Shown here piece by piece: positions 22,169 through 30,143 of a stretch of 64,000 bases of DNA. The stretch's first letter is position 1, and each line of letters starts with the position of its first letter. The stretch lies in the NCBI GenBank assembly GCA_964245815.1, contig CAXTNX010000007.1, forward strand, positions 1,787 to 65,786, written 5' to 3'. The translations under genes and the position numbers were made by a program. The notes beneath the pieces are model-generated. The model did not search any database and was not told the origin of the DNA. It worked only from the letters and a program-made list of their open reading frames with translations. The stretch is from an uncultured Sphingomonadaceae bacterium (GTDB taxonomy: Bacteria > Pseudomonadota > Alphaproteobacteria > Sphingomonadales > Sphingomonadaceae).

Positions 22169-23901
22169 ATCTCCTCGGCCGCGGCGACCCCCATGATCGC
22201 CAGGCCGTTTTGCACAACCTGCCCGATCGCGGCGGCAAGCGAAAGCCGCGCACGCGTCGTTTCGGGCTGGTCCGACACCAGAAAGCGCCGTTCCGGGACA
22301 TCATTCCCACGATTCCACAATGCATGGAAAGCTGCTGCCAAGTCGTAAAGATAAAAGGCGATGCGATGCGGCTCGCGGGTCGCCGCCGCCTGCTCGACCA
22401 CGCGCGGGAACTGCGCGGCGAGCCTGACCAGGCCGAGCTCCTCGTCGTCGAGCACGGCCGGGTCGGCCGGCTCGAGCACCAGCCGCTGCTCGATCGCGCG
22501 GCGCTGGAGCGAGCGGATGCGGGCATGCGCATACTGCACGTAGAACACCGGATTGTCCTTCGACGCCTCGACCACCCTGGCGAAATCGAAGTCCATCTGC
22601 GCATCCGCCTTGCGGGTCAGCATGGTGAAGCGGACGACGTCGCGTCCGACCTCGCGCACTACGTCGGCGAGCGTGACGAACTGGCCCGAACGCTTGGACA
22701 TCTTGACGGGCTCGCCGTCCCGCAGGAGCCTCACCATCTGGACGAGCTTGACGTCGAAGCGCTTGGGCATGCCCGCGGTCAGCGCCGCGACCGCGGCCTG
22801 GATGCGCTTGACCGTGCCGGCATGGTCGGCACCCCAGATGTCGATCAGCTCGTCGGCCATCTCGGCCTTCTGCGCGTGATAGGCGAGATCGGTACCGAAA
22901 TAGGTCAGCCCGCCCGTCGAATTGCGCACCGGCCGATCCTGGTCGTCGCCGAACGCGGAAGCGCGAAACAGGGTGAGCTCGACCGGCTCCCAGTCGTCGG
23001 GCGTGTCGCCTTTGGGGGCCTCCAGCACGCCCTGATAGAGCAGTCCGTCCGCGCGCAGCCGGTCGAACGCGATCGCGACCTTGCCCGAATCCTGGACCTC
23101 GGCCTCGGACGCGAACACGTCGTGATGGATGCCGAGCAACGCCAGGTCGGCACGGATCATGTCGAGCATCGCCGCGACGGTGCGGTTCCGGAACAGATCG
23201 ATCCATTCGGCCTCGGGCGCCGCCGCATAGCGCATGCCGTATTCGGCGGCGAGCGCGGTACCGACCGGCTTGAGATAGCCGCCCGGATAGAGACCTTCGG
23301 GGATCGCGCCGATCTCCTCGCCCAAGGCCTCGCGGTAGCGCAGGTGGGCCGAGCGGGCGAGCGTCCGGACCTGCGCACCGGCATCGTTGACATAATATTC
23401 ACGCGTCACCGCATAGCCCGAAAAGGCGAGCAGGCTGGCGAGCGCGTCGCCCACCACCGCGCCGCGGCAATGCCCCATGTGCATCGGACCGGTCGGGTTG
23501 GCGGAGACGTATTCGACGTTGACCCGACGTCCGGCGCCGCCCTGCGAGCGGCCGTAATCGCCTGCCTGCGCGCGGATCGCCACCAGTTCGCGGTGCCACA
23601 TCGCCGGCGCGAGACGCAGGTTGAGGAATCCCGGCCCGGCGATCTCCACCGCCATCACCCCTTCGATCCGCTCGATCCGCGGCACGAGCAGGCGCGCCAG
23701 CGCGCGCGGATCGGTGCCCGCGGGTTTGGCGAGCACCATCGCGGCGTTGGTCGACAGATCGCCATGCGCGGGATCGCGCGGCGGCTCGATCGTGATCGCG
23801 CGACGCGAGAGGCCCGCCGGCAGATCGCCGGCGGCCTCGAGATCGTCGAGGAGCGCGCCGAGCGCATCGGCAAAGCGGGTGTAGAGCGTCGGGTCGGCCA
23901 T
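22165..23901 (-). CDS. argS: Arginine--tRNA ligase
   Basis: VEYVSANPTGPMHMGH HIGH-like motif, KMSKR, NPVFYVQYAHAR. Confidence 0.98.
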   Translation of the reverse strand: MADPTLYTRFADALGALLDDLEAAGDLPAGLSRRAITIEPPRDPAHGDLSTNAAMVLAKPAGTDPRALARLLVPRIERIEGVMAVEIAGPGFLNLRLAPAMWHRELVAIRAQAGDYGRSQGGAGRRVNVEYVSANPTGPMHMGHCRGAVVGDALASLLAFSGYAVTREYYVNDAGAQVRTLARSAHLRYREALGEEIGAIPEGLYPGGYLKPVGTALAAEYGMRYAAAPEAEWIDLFRNRTVAAMLDMIRADLALLGIHHDVFASEAEVQDSGKVAIAFDRLRADGLLYQGVLEAPKGDTPDDWEPVELTLFRASAFGDDQDRPVRNSTGGLTYFGTDLAYHAQKAEMADELIDIWGADHAGTVKRIQAAVAALTAGMPKRFDVKLVQMVRLLRDGEPVKMSKRSGQFVTLADVVREVGRDVVRFTMLTRKADAQMDFDFARVVEASKDNPVFYVQYAHARIRSLQRRAIEQRLVLEPADPAVLDDEELGLVRLAAQFPRVVEQAAATREPHRIAFYLYDLAAAFHALWNRGNDVPERRFLVSDQPETTRARLSLAAAIGQVVQNGLAIMGVAAAEEM

Positions 23902-23959
23902 GATCGCGCGGCCTTAGCCGGGGGAGGACGAGGCGGCAAATGGGAGCGGGGATCGGGCC

Positions 23960-24145
23960 TCAGTTGAGCCTGGCGAGCATCCGCACCATATCGTCGGGAA
24001 GATCGCCCATGTCGTGACGATACGACATCGCCAGCGCCTCCCCATAGCCGTAACCGCGATCGCGCCGAGCCGACGCGGCGCGGATCGTGTCGCCGCCGGC
24101 ATCGTAAGGCCGATCGTCCGGCAAGGTTGGATTACGCGTCATCAT
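23960..24145 (-). CDS. Small protein with NepR-like C-terminal motif
   Basis: C-terminus GEALAMSYRHDMGDLPDDMVRMLARLN resembles the NepR anti-sigma core (G.AL...Y....LPD.m..LL..L); divergent from glnE. Confidence 0.5.
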   Translation of the reverse strand: MMTRNPTLPDDRPYDAGGDTIRAASARRDRGYGYGEALAMSYRHDMGDLPDDMVRMLARLN

Positions 24146-24215
24146 CACGATCGCACAACGCTGCGCGACTCGAAGGGTTGCGATCGTTCCGCAGGCGCGA
24201 CAAGGGTTGCGGCGG

Positions 24216-26906
24216 ATGACCGACGATCCGGCGATCGCCATGCAAAGCGCGATGATGCGCGCCGAGGCCGAGGCGCCGTTCCTGCGGCGACTGATGGCCC
24301 GCGAGCCCGCGATCGCGGCGCGGCTCGCCGCGGGCGAAATCGAAGCGGCGCTCGCCGACGCCACGAGACGCGACGACGACGACGTGACGATCATGCTGCG
24401 CCGCGAGCGCCGGCGACTCGCTTTGGTGGTCGCGATCGGCGATCTCGCCGGCCTGCTCGATCTCGAGGCGGTGACCGGGCTGCTGTCGCGCTTCGCCGAT
24501 CGCGCGCTCGACGCCGCGATCGCCACCGCGATCGAGGAGCGGACACCCGGCGCGGCGCATGCCGGCTTCGCCGCGCTCGCGCTCGGCAAGCATGGCAGCG
24601 GCGAACTCAACTATTCCTCCGACATCGATCCCGTGCTGATCTTCGATCCGACGACGCTGCCGCACCGCACGCGCGAGGAGCCGGGCGAGGCGGCGACACG
24701 GATCGCGCGGCGCGTCGTCGAGATCATGCAGGCCCCGCATGCCGAGGGCATCGTTTTCCGCGTCGACCTGCGCCTGCGGCCTTCGCCGGAAGCGACGCCG
24801 CCCGCGCTGCCGATCGGCGCCGCGATCGGCTATTACGAATCGAGCGCGCTGCCCTGGGAGCGCGCCGCCTTCATCCGCGCGCGGGCATGCGCGGGCGACG
24901 TCGCGCTCGGGACCCGCTTCCTCGCGGCGATCCGCCCGTTCGTCTGGCGGCGCGCGCTCGATTTCGGCGCGGTCGGCGAGATCCGCGCGATCTCGCGGCG
25001 CATCCGCGACCATCATCGTTCGGGGCAGGCGTTCGGGGCGGGCTACGATCTCAAGCGCGGGCGCGGCGGCATCCGCGAGGTCGAGTTCTACGCCCAGATC
25101 CATCAGCTCGTGCACGGCGGACGCGAGCCCGCGCTGCGCGCGCCGGCAACGCTGGATGCGTTGACCGCGCTCGCCGCTGCCGGTCGCATCGATCGGGACG
25201 ACGCCGCGACGCTGGCGCACGCCTACCGGCGCTACCGCACGATCGAGCATCGCCTCCAGATGGTCGAGGACCGCCAGACGCACAGCCTGCCGGCGGCCCG
25301 CGCCGCGCTCGACGGAGTCGCCCGGCTCGATGGACGCGCGGACGGCGATGCGCTGCTCGCCGCCCTGGCGCCGTCGGTCGAGGCGGTCGGCGCGCTGTAC
25401 GACGGCCTCGACCCTCCGGCGGGCGATCGCCTGCCGATCGATCGCGATGCGCTCGCGATCGATCTCGCAGCCGCCGGCTTCGCGGTGCCAGCGCGGGCCG
25501 CCGAGCGGATCGCCGCCTGGCGGGGGGGCGGGGCACGCGCGCTGCGCTCGGCCCCGGCGCAGGATGCGCTGGAAGCGGTATTGCCGGGGCTGATCGCCGC
25601 TCTCGGCCAGGCGCCCGATCCCGCTGCGGCGCTCAATCGCTTCGACGACGTCGTCCGCGCGCTGCCGAGCGCGATCAACCTGTTCCGCCTGCTCGAGGCG
25701 CGGCCACCGCTGATGCGGCTGCTCGGCGACACGCTGAGCCTCGCGCCGACGCTTGCCGACATGCTCGGCCGCCGCCCCGGTCTGATCGACGCGCTGATCG
25801 ACGCGACCGCGCTCGATCCGCCGGGCGACGTCGCGACGCTGGCGGCGCGGTTCGCGCATGGTCCGGCGGGCGAGGATTACCAGGCGCTGCTCGATCGCGT
25901 CCGCCGCGAGGTCTCGGAACTGCGCTTCGCCCAGGGCGTGCAGCTCGTCTCGGGCGCCCGAGATCCGCTCGACGTCGCGGCCGGTTACGCGCGGATCGCG
26001 GAAGGCGCGATCGAGGCGCTGGCCGTCGCCACCGTCGCGGCGTTCGAGGCCGCGCACGGGCGGGTGCCCGGCGGCGAGCTCGTCATCCTCGCGCTCGGCC
26101 GGTTCGGCGGGGCGGCGCTGACCCACGCCTCGGATCTGGATCTCGTCTACCTGTTCACCGGCGATTATCGCGCCGAATCGGATGGCGCGAAGCCGCTCGC
26201 CGGCACGCCGTATTTCAATCGGCTCGCGCAGCGGGTCAGCGCCGCGCTGTCGGTGCCGACCGCCGCGGGACCGCTCTACGAGATCGATACGCGGCTGCGT
26301 CCGTCGGGCGTGCAGGGGCTGCTCGCGGTCAGCCTGGAGAGCTTCCGCCGCTACCAGCGCGAGAGCGCGTGGACCTGGGAGCATATGGCCCTGACCCGGG
26401 CGCGGCCGGTGTTCGGCAGTGCTGCGGCGCGCGCCGGACTGAAGGCCACGATCGATGCGACGCTGATCCGGTTTCGGGAGCCCGATCGCCTGATCGCCGA
26501 TGCCGTGAAGATGCGTCGCGACATCACGCGGCACAAACCGCCGGCCGGACCGCTCGACGTCAAGCTGCTGTCCGGCGGGCTGGTCGACCTGGAGTTCACC
26601 GTCCACGTCACCCAGCTCGAGCATCGCACCGGGTTCGATCCGCGGCTGCCGGGCGCGATCGCGGCGCTCGTCACGGCGGGGCTGCTCCCCGCCGCGCTGG
26701 CGCCCGCGCACGATCTGCTCACCCGGATGCTGGTCGCGCTCAGGCTGATCGCGCCCGCGGCGATCGAGCCGCCATCGCCGGCGCAGGCGGCACTCGCGCG
26801 CGCCTGCGGCGTTGCCGACTGGACCACGCTGCTGGAAGCGCTCGCCGCGGCGCGCGCCGAAGTGAGCACGGCGTGGCGACGAATAACGGATCAGGCAGGA
26901 GAATGA
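24216..26906 (+). CDS. glnE: Bifunctional glutamine synthetase adenylyltransferase/removing enzyme
   Basis: Two NTase domains: LGKHGSGELNYSSDID and LGRFGGAALTHASDLD; RVDLRLRP, EIDTRLRPSG; LKRGRGGIREVEF. Confidence 0.96.
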   Translation: MTDDPAIAMQSAMMRAEAEAPFLRRLMAREPAIAARLAAGEIEAALADATRRDDDDVTIMLRRERRRLALVVAIGDLAGLLDLEAVTGLLSRFADRALDAAIATAIEERTPGAAHAGFAALALGKHGSGELNYSSDIDPVLIFDPTTLPHRTREEPGEAATRIARRVVEIMQAPHAEGIVFRVDLRLRPSPEATPPALPIGAAIGYYESSALPWERAAFIRARACAGDVALGTRFLAAIRPFVWRRALDFGAVGEIRAISRRIRDHHRSGQAFGAGYDLKRGRGGIREVEFYAQIHQLVHGGREPALRAPATLDALTALAAAGRIDRDDAATLAHAYRRYRTIEHRLQMVEDRQTHSLPAARAALDGVARLDGRADGDALLAALAPSVEAVGALYDGLDPPAGDRLPIDRDALAIDLAAAGFAVPARAAERIAAWRGGGARALRSAPAQDALEAVLPGLIAALGQAPDPAAALNRFDDVVRALPSAINLFRLLEARPPLMRLLGDTLSLAPTLADMLGRRPGLIDALIDATALDPPGDVATLAARFAHGPAGEDYQALLDRVRREVSELRFAQGVQLVSGARDPLDVAAGYARIAEGAIEALAVATVAAFEAAHGRVPGGELVILALGRFGGAALTHASDLDLVYLFTGDYRAESDGAKPLAGTPYFNRLAQRVSAALSVPTAAGPLYEIDTRLRPSGVQGLLAVSLESFRRYQRESAWTWEHMALTRARPVFGSAAARAGLKATIDATLIRFREPDRLIADAVKMRRDITRHKPPAGPLDVKLLSGGLVDLEFTVHVTQLEHRTGFDPRLPGAIAALVTAGLLPAALAPAHDLLTRMLVALRLIAPAAIEPPSPAQAALARACGVADWTTLLEALAAARAEVSTAWRRITDQAGE

Positions 26907-27409
26907 CGATGGCGGACTTGAAGCCCGGAGACACGGCACCCGACGTGACGCTCGCGACGCCCGACGGCGGCGCGCTGACGCTGGCGCAGCTGCGCGGTAA
27001 GCCGCTGGTGCTCTATTTCTATCCCAAGGACGACACGCCGGGCTGCACCACCGAAGGCAAGGATTTCTCCGCACTCAAGGGCGCGTTCGACATGGCGGGC
27101 GCCGCGGTGATCGGCATCTCGAAGGACGACGCGAAGAGCCACGGCAAGTTCGCCGTCAAGCACGACCTCAAGGTCACGCTGGCCTCGGACACGGACGGCG
27201 CGGTGTGCGACGCCTTCGGGACTTGGGTCGAGAAATCGATGTACGGCAAGACCTATATGGGCATCGAGCGCGCCACCTTCCTGATTGATTCAGCGGGCAG
27301 GATCGCGAATGTCTGGCGCAAGGTGAAGGTGCCGGGTCATGCCGAGGCGGTGCTCAAGGCCGCCGAGGCGCTGAGCCATGCCGAGACCGATCCGGCCGCG
27401 ATCGCCTGA
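26903..27409 (+). CDS. bcp: Peroxiredoxin Bcp
   Basis: LYFYPKDDTPGCTTE peroxidatic motif; ATGA overlap with glnE. Confidence 0.95.
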   Translation: MTMADLKPGDTAPDVTLATPDGGALTLAQLRGKPLVLYFYPKDDTPGCTTEGKDFSALKGAFDMAGAAVIGISKDDAKSHGKFAVKHDLKVTLASDTDGAVCDAFGTWVEKSMYGKTYMGIERATFLIDSAGRIANVWRKVKVPGHAEAVLKAAEALSHAETDPAAIA

Positions 27410-27501
27410 TCGCGCGCGGGCGGATCTTCGCTCAGACCGTGGACCGTCACATGCGCCCAGAGGCCGGTTACCCAGAGGCATACCCGGAGGGAGGGGAGTA
27501 G

Positions 27502-28149
27502 ATGCTCCCGCTGTTCGGCATCGCGGTGATCGTCGCGGGCTTCCTGCTGCGCTTCAATCCGCTCGCGGTCACCGCGGTGGCGGCGCTGGTGACCGGACTG
27601 GCGGCCGGGCTCGATCCGCTCGCGGTCGTCGCGGCGCTGGGCGGGGCGTTCAACCAGAACCGCTATGTCACCATCGTCTACCTTGTGCTCCCGGTGGTCG
27701 GCGTGCTCGAGGCACACGGCCTCCAGGAGCGTGCGCGCGCGCTGGTCGCGACGATGCGCGGCGCGACGATGCGCGGCGCGACGCCGGCTCGGCTGCTGAC
27801 GCTCTATCTGCTCGCGCGCCAGGTGACCGCGGCCCTCGGGCTGATCTCGATCGCGGGGCATCCGCAGACGGTTCGGCCGCTGCTCGCGCCGATGGCGATC
27901 GAGGCGGCGGGCACCGACGACGACGGCCGCGTCCCCGCGATGGCGGCGGCGACCGACAATATCGGGCTGCTGTTCGGCGAGGACATCTTCATCGCGCTGG
28001 GCTCGATCCTGCTGATGAAGGGCGTGCTCGCCGGCTATGGCATCGCGCTCTCGCCGTTCCAGCTCTCGGTCTATGCGATCCCGACCGCGATCGCGGCGTT
28101 CGCCGTCCATGCGGCGCGGCTGTGGCTGTTCGGACGGCGCTACCGGTGA
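27502..28149 (+). CDS. DUF969-family membrane protein
   Basis: GFLLRFNPL, LPVVGVLE..GL.ER, GHPQTVRPLLAPMA, DNIGLLFGEDIF. Confidence 0.85.
   Translation: MLPLFGIAVIVAGFLLRFNPLAVTAVAALVTGLAAGLDPLAVVAALGGAFNQNRYVTIVYLVLPVVGVLEAHGLQERARALVATMRGATMRGATPARLLTLYLLARQVTAALGLISIAGHPQTVRPLLAPMAIEAAGTDDDGRVPAMAAATDNIGLLFGEDIFIALGSILLMKGVLAGYGIALSPFQLSVYAIPTAIAAFAVHAARLWLFGRRYR
27748..27783 (+). repeat. Perfect 15-bp in-frame tandem duplication (GCGACGATGCGCGGC x2.4)
   Basis: Read directly; encodes ATMRG-ATMRG-AT. Confidence 0.9.
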
Positions 28150-29072
28150 TCGGGCTCGGTCTCGTCTATGCGATCGCCGGCATCGTCTTCGCGATCTATG
28201 CCGCGCTCAGCGCCGTCGATCGACGCCCCGGCAACGCGGCGTTCTGGGCGCTGCTGGCGTTGAGCTTCCTGGCGGGCGACCGGCTCGGCGATCGCGCCAA
28301 TGGCGGGCTGGCGCTGACGCTCGCGGCGCTGGCCGGGCTCAAGCTGGTCCGTGGCGCGAGCCCTGCTCCCGATGCAGCGGCGCGCGCCGCCGCGGCCACG
28401 CGGCACGGCAACCGGCTGTTCGCCGCGGCGCTGATCGTGCCGATCTGTGCGGTCGGCGGCACGTTGGCGTTCAAGACCATGCCCATGCTCGTCGATCCCC
28501 GGCAGGCGACGCTGGTCGCGCTCGCCGCCGGCGCGATCGCCGCGCTGGCGCTGTGCTATGCCTGGCTGCGGCCGCGCCCGCTCGGCCCGTTCGTGGCGGG
28601 GTTGCGGCTGATGGACTCGGTCGGCTGGGCGGCGCTGATGCCACAGATGCTCGCCAGCCTCGGCGCGGTTTTCGCGCTCGCCGGCGTCGGCGACGCGGTC
28701 GGCCGGATCATGGGCACCGCGATCCCGGCGGGCAGCCTGACCGGCGCGGTGCTCGCCTATGCGATCGGCATGGCGGCGTTCACGATCGTCACCGGCAACG
28801 CGTTCGCCGCCTTCCCGGTGATGACCGCGGCGATCGGCGTGCCGCTCCTGGTCCACGTCCATCATGGCGATCCGGCGCCGATCGCGGCGATCGGGATGCT
28901 CGCCGGCTTCTGCGGCACGTTGCTCACGCCGATGGCGGCGAACTTCAACCTCGTGCCCGCGGCGCTGCTCGACCTGCGCGATCGCCATGCCGTGATCCGC
29001 GCGCAGGCGCCGACCGCGCTGATCCTGTTCGCGGTCAACGTCGCCCTGCTCTATGGGCTCGCCTTCCGATGA
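28146..29072 (+). CDS. DUF979-family membrane protein
   Basis: GTG start overlapping the DUF969 stop; LMPQMLASLG, FTIVTGNAFAAFPV, GFCGTLLTPMAANFNLVPAALL. Confidence 0.85.
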   Translation: MIGLGLVYAIAGIVFAIYAALSAVDRRPGNAAFWALLALSFLAGDRLGDRANGGLALTLAALAGLKLVRGASPAPDAAARAAAATRHGNRLFAAALIVPICAVGGTLAFKTMPMLVDPRQATLVALAAGAIAALALCYAWLRPRPLGPFVAGLRLMDSVGWAALMPQMLASLGAVFALAGVGDAVGRIMGTAIPAGSLTGAVLAYAIGMAAFTIVTGNAFAAFPVMTAAIGVPLLVHVHHGDPAPIAAIGMLAGFCGTLLTPMAANFNLVPAALLDLRDRHAVIRAQAPTALILFAVNVALLYGLAFR

Positions 29073-30040
29073 CGATCGATCGCGCCGCCGCCCGCCGCTT
29101 CGCCGCGCTGACGCTCGGCCATGTCGGGCGCGAATATCCCTATCTGGTCCAGCACATGCTGACCGGACCGGAGACGATCGCGCCGTCCGCGCAGCACCCG
29201 ATCTTCCACGGCAGCTTCGACTGGCACAGCTGCGTCCACGGCTGGTGGCAGTTGCTGACGCTCGCGCGCCTTCATCCGGACATGCCCGAGGCGGAGGAGA
29301 TCCGGGCGCGCGCCGACGCACTGTTCGTGGCGGCAAAGGTCGCGGTGGAGCAGGCCTATGCCGAGCGCAACCCTGGTTGGGAGCGCCCCTATGGCTGGGC
29401 CTGGCTGCTCGCACTACACGCCGAGGCGGCGCGGCACGACACCGACTGGGCGAATGCGCTCGCGCCCTTCGCCCGCCGTCTCGCCGAGCGCTTCGGCGGC
29501 TATATCGAGACGCTCACCTATCCGATCCGCACCGGCACGCACTTCAACACCGCGTTCGCCTGCCTGCTGGTCTCCCGCTGGGCGATCGAGAACGACACGA
29601 TGCTGTTCATACTGATCCAGGAACGGGCGCTCGCTTGGTTCGACAATGATCGCGACGCTCAGGCCTGGGAGCCGGGGGGCGACGACTTCCTGTCGCCGAC
29701 GCTGATCGAAGCGGTGTTGATGACGGAGGTATTTGACGTGGTGAGTGGGGCCGCCTGGTTTGAGGCGTTCCTTCCGCGTCTTCGGAGCGGCGAACCCGCG
29801 ACGCTGTTCACACCCGCCACCGTCTCGGATCGTTCTGACGGCAAGATCGCACATCTCGATGGTCTCAATCTCAGCCGAGCCTGGTGCTGGCGGATATTGG
29901 CTCGCGAACTGCCGGGGCTCGACACGCTTGCCGGCCCGGCCGCCGAGCGCCATCTCGCCGCCGCCCTGCCCCATCTCGCCGACGACTATATGGGCGAGCA
30001 CTGGCTGGCGACCTTCGCGCTGCTCGCGCTGGGGGCTTGA
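29069..30040 (+). CDS. DUF2891-family protein
   Basis: HPIFHGSFDWHSCVHGWW, ERPYGWAWLL, IRTGTHFNTAF, HLDGLNLSRAWC, YMGEHWLATFA. Confidence 0.85.
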   Translation: MTIDRAAARRFAALTLGHVGREYPYLVQHMLTGPETIAPSAQHPIFHGSFDWHSCVHGWWQLLTLARLHPDMPEAEEIRARADALFVAAKVAVEQAYAERNPGWERPYGWAWLLALHAEAARHDTDWANALAPFARRLAERFGGYIETLTYPIRTGTHFNTAFACLLVSRWAIENDTMLFILIQERALAWFDNDRDAQAWEPGGDDFLSPTLIEAVLMTEVFDVVSGAAWFEAFLPRLRSGEPATLFTPATVSDRSDGKIAHLDGLNLSRAWCWRILARELPGLDTLAGPAAERHLAAALPHLADDYMGEHWLATFALLALGA

Positions 30041-30050
30041 GTACCCCGCC

Positions 30051-30118
30051 CCGTTCGCCCTGAGCGAAGTCGAAGGGCCGGTACGGCGCTGGGCTTCGAC
30101 TTCGCTCAGCCCGAACGG
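30051..30118. repeat. REP-type long inverted repeat between convergent genes
   Basis: Arms CCGTTCGcccTGAGCGAAGTCGAAG (30051-30075) and CTTCGACTTCGCTCAgccCGAACGG (30094-30118), 23/25 complementary. Confidence 0.85.
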
Positions 30119-30143
30119 AGGTTGGTGCGCGACATGGCCTGCG

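Noticed and set aside
27426-27436. CTTCGCTCAG fragment resembling the 30051 REP arm
   Set aside because: Only 10 bp and no partner arm; could be chance.
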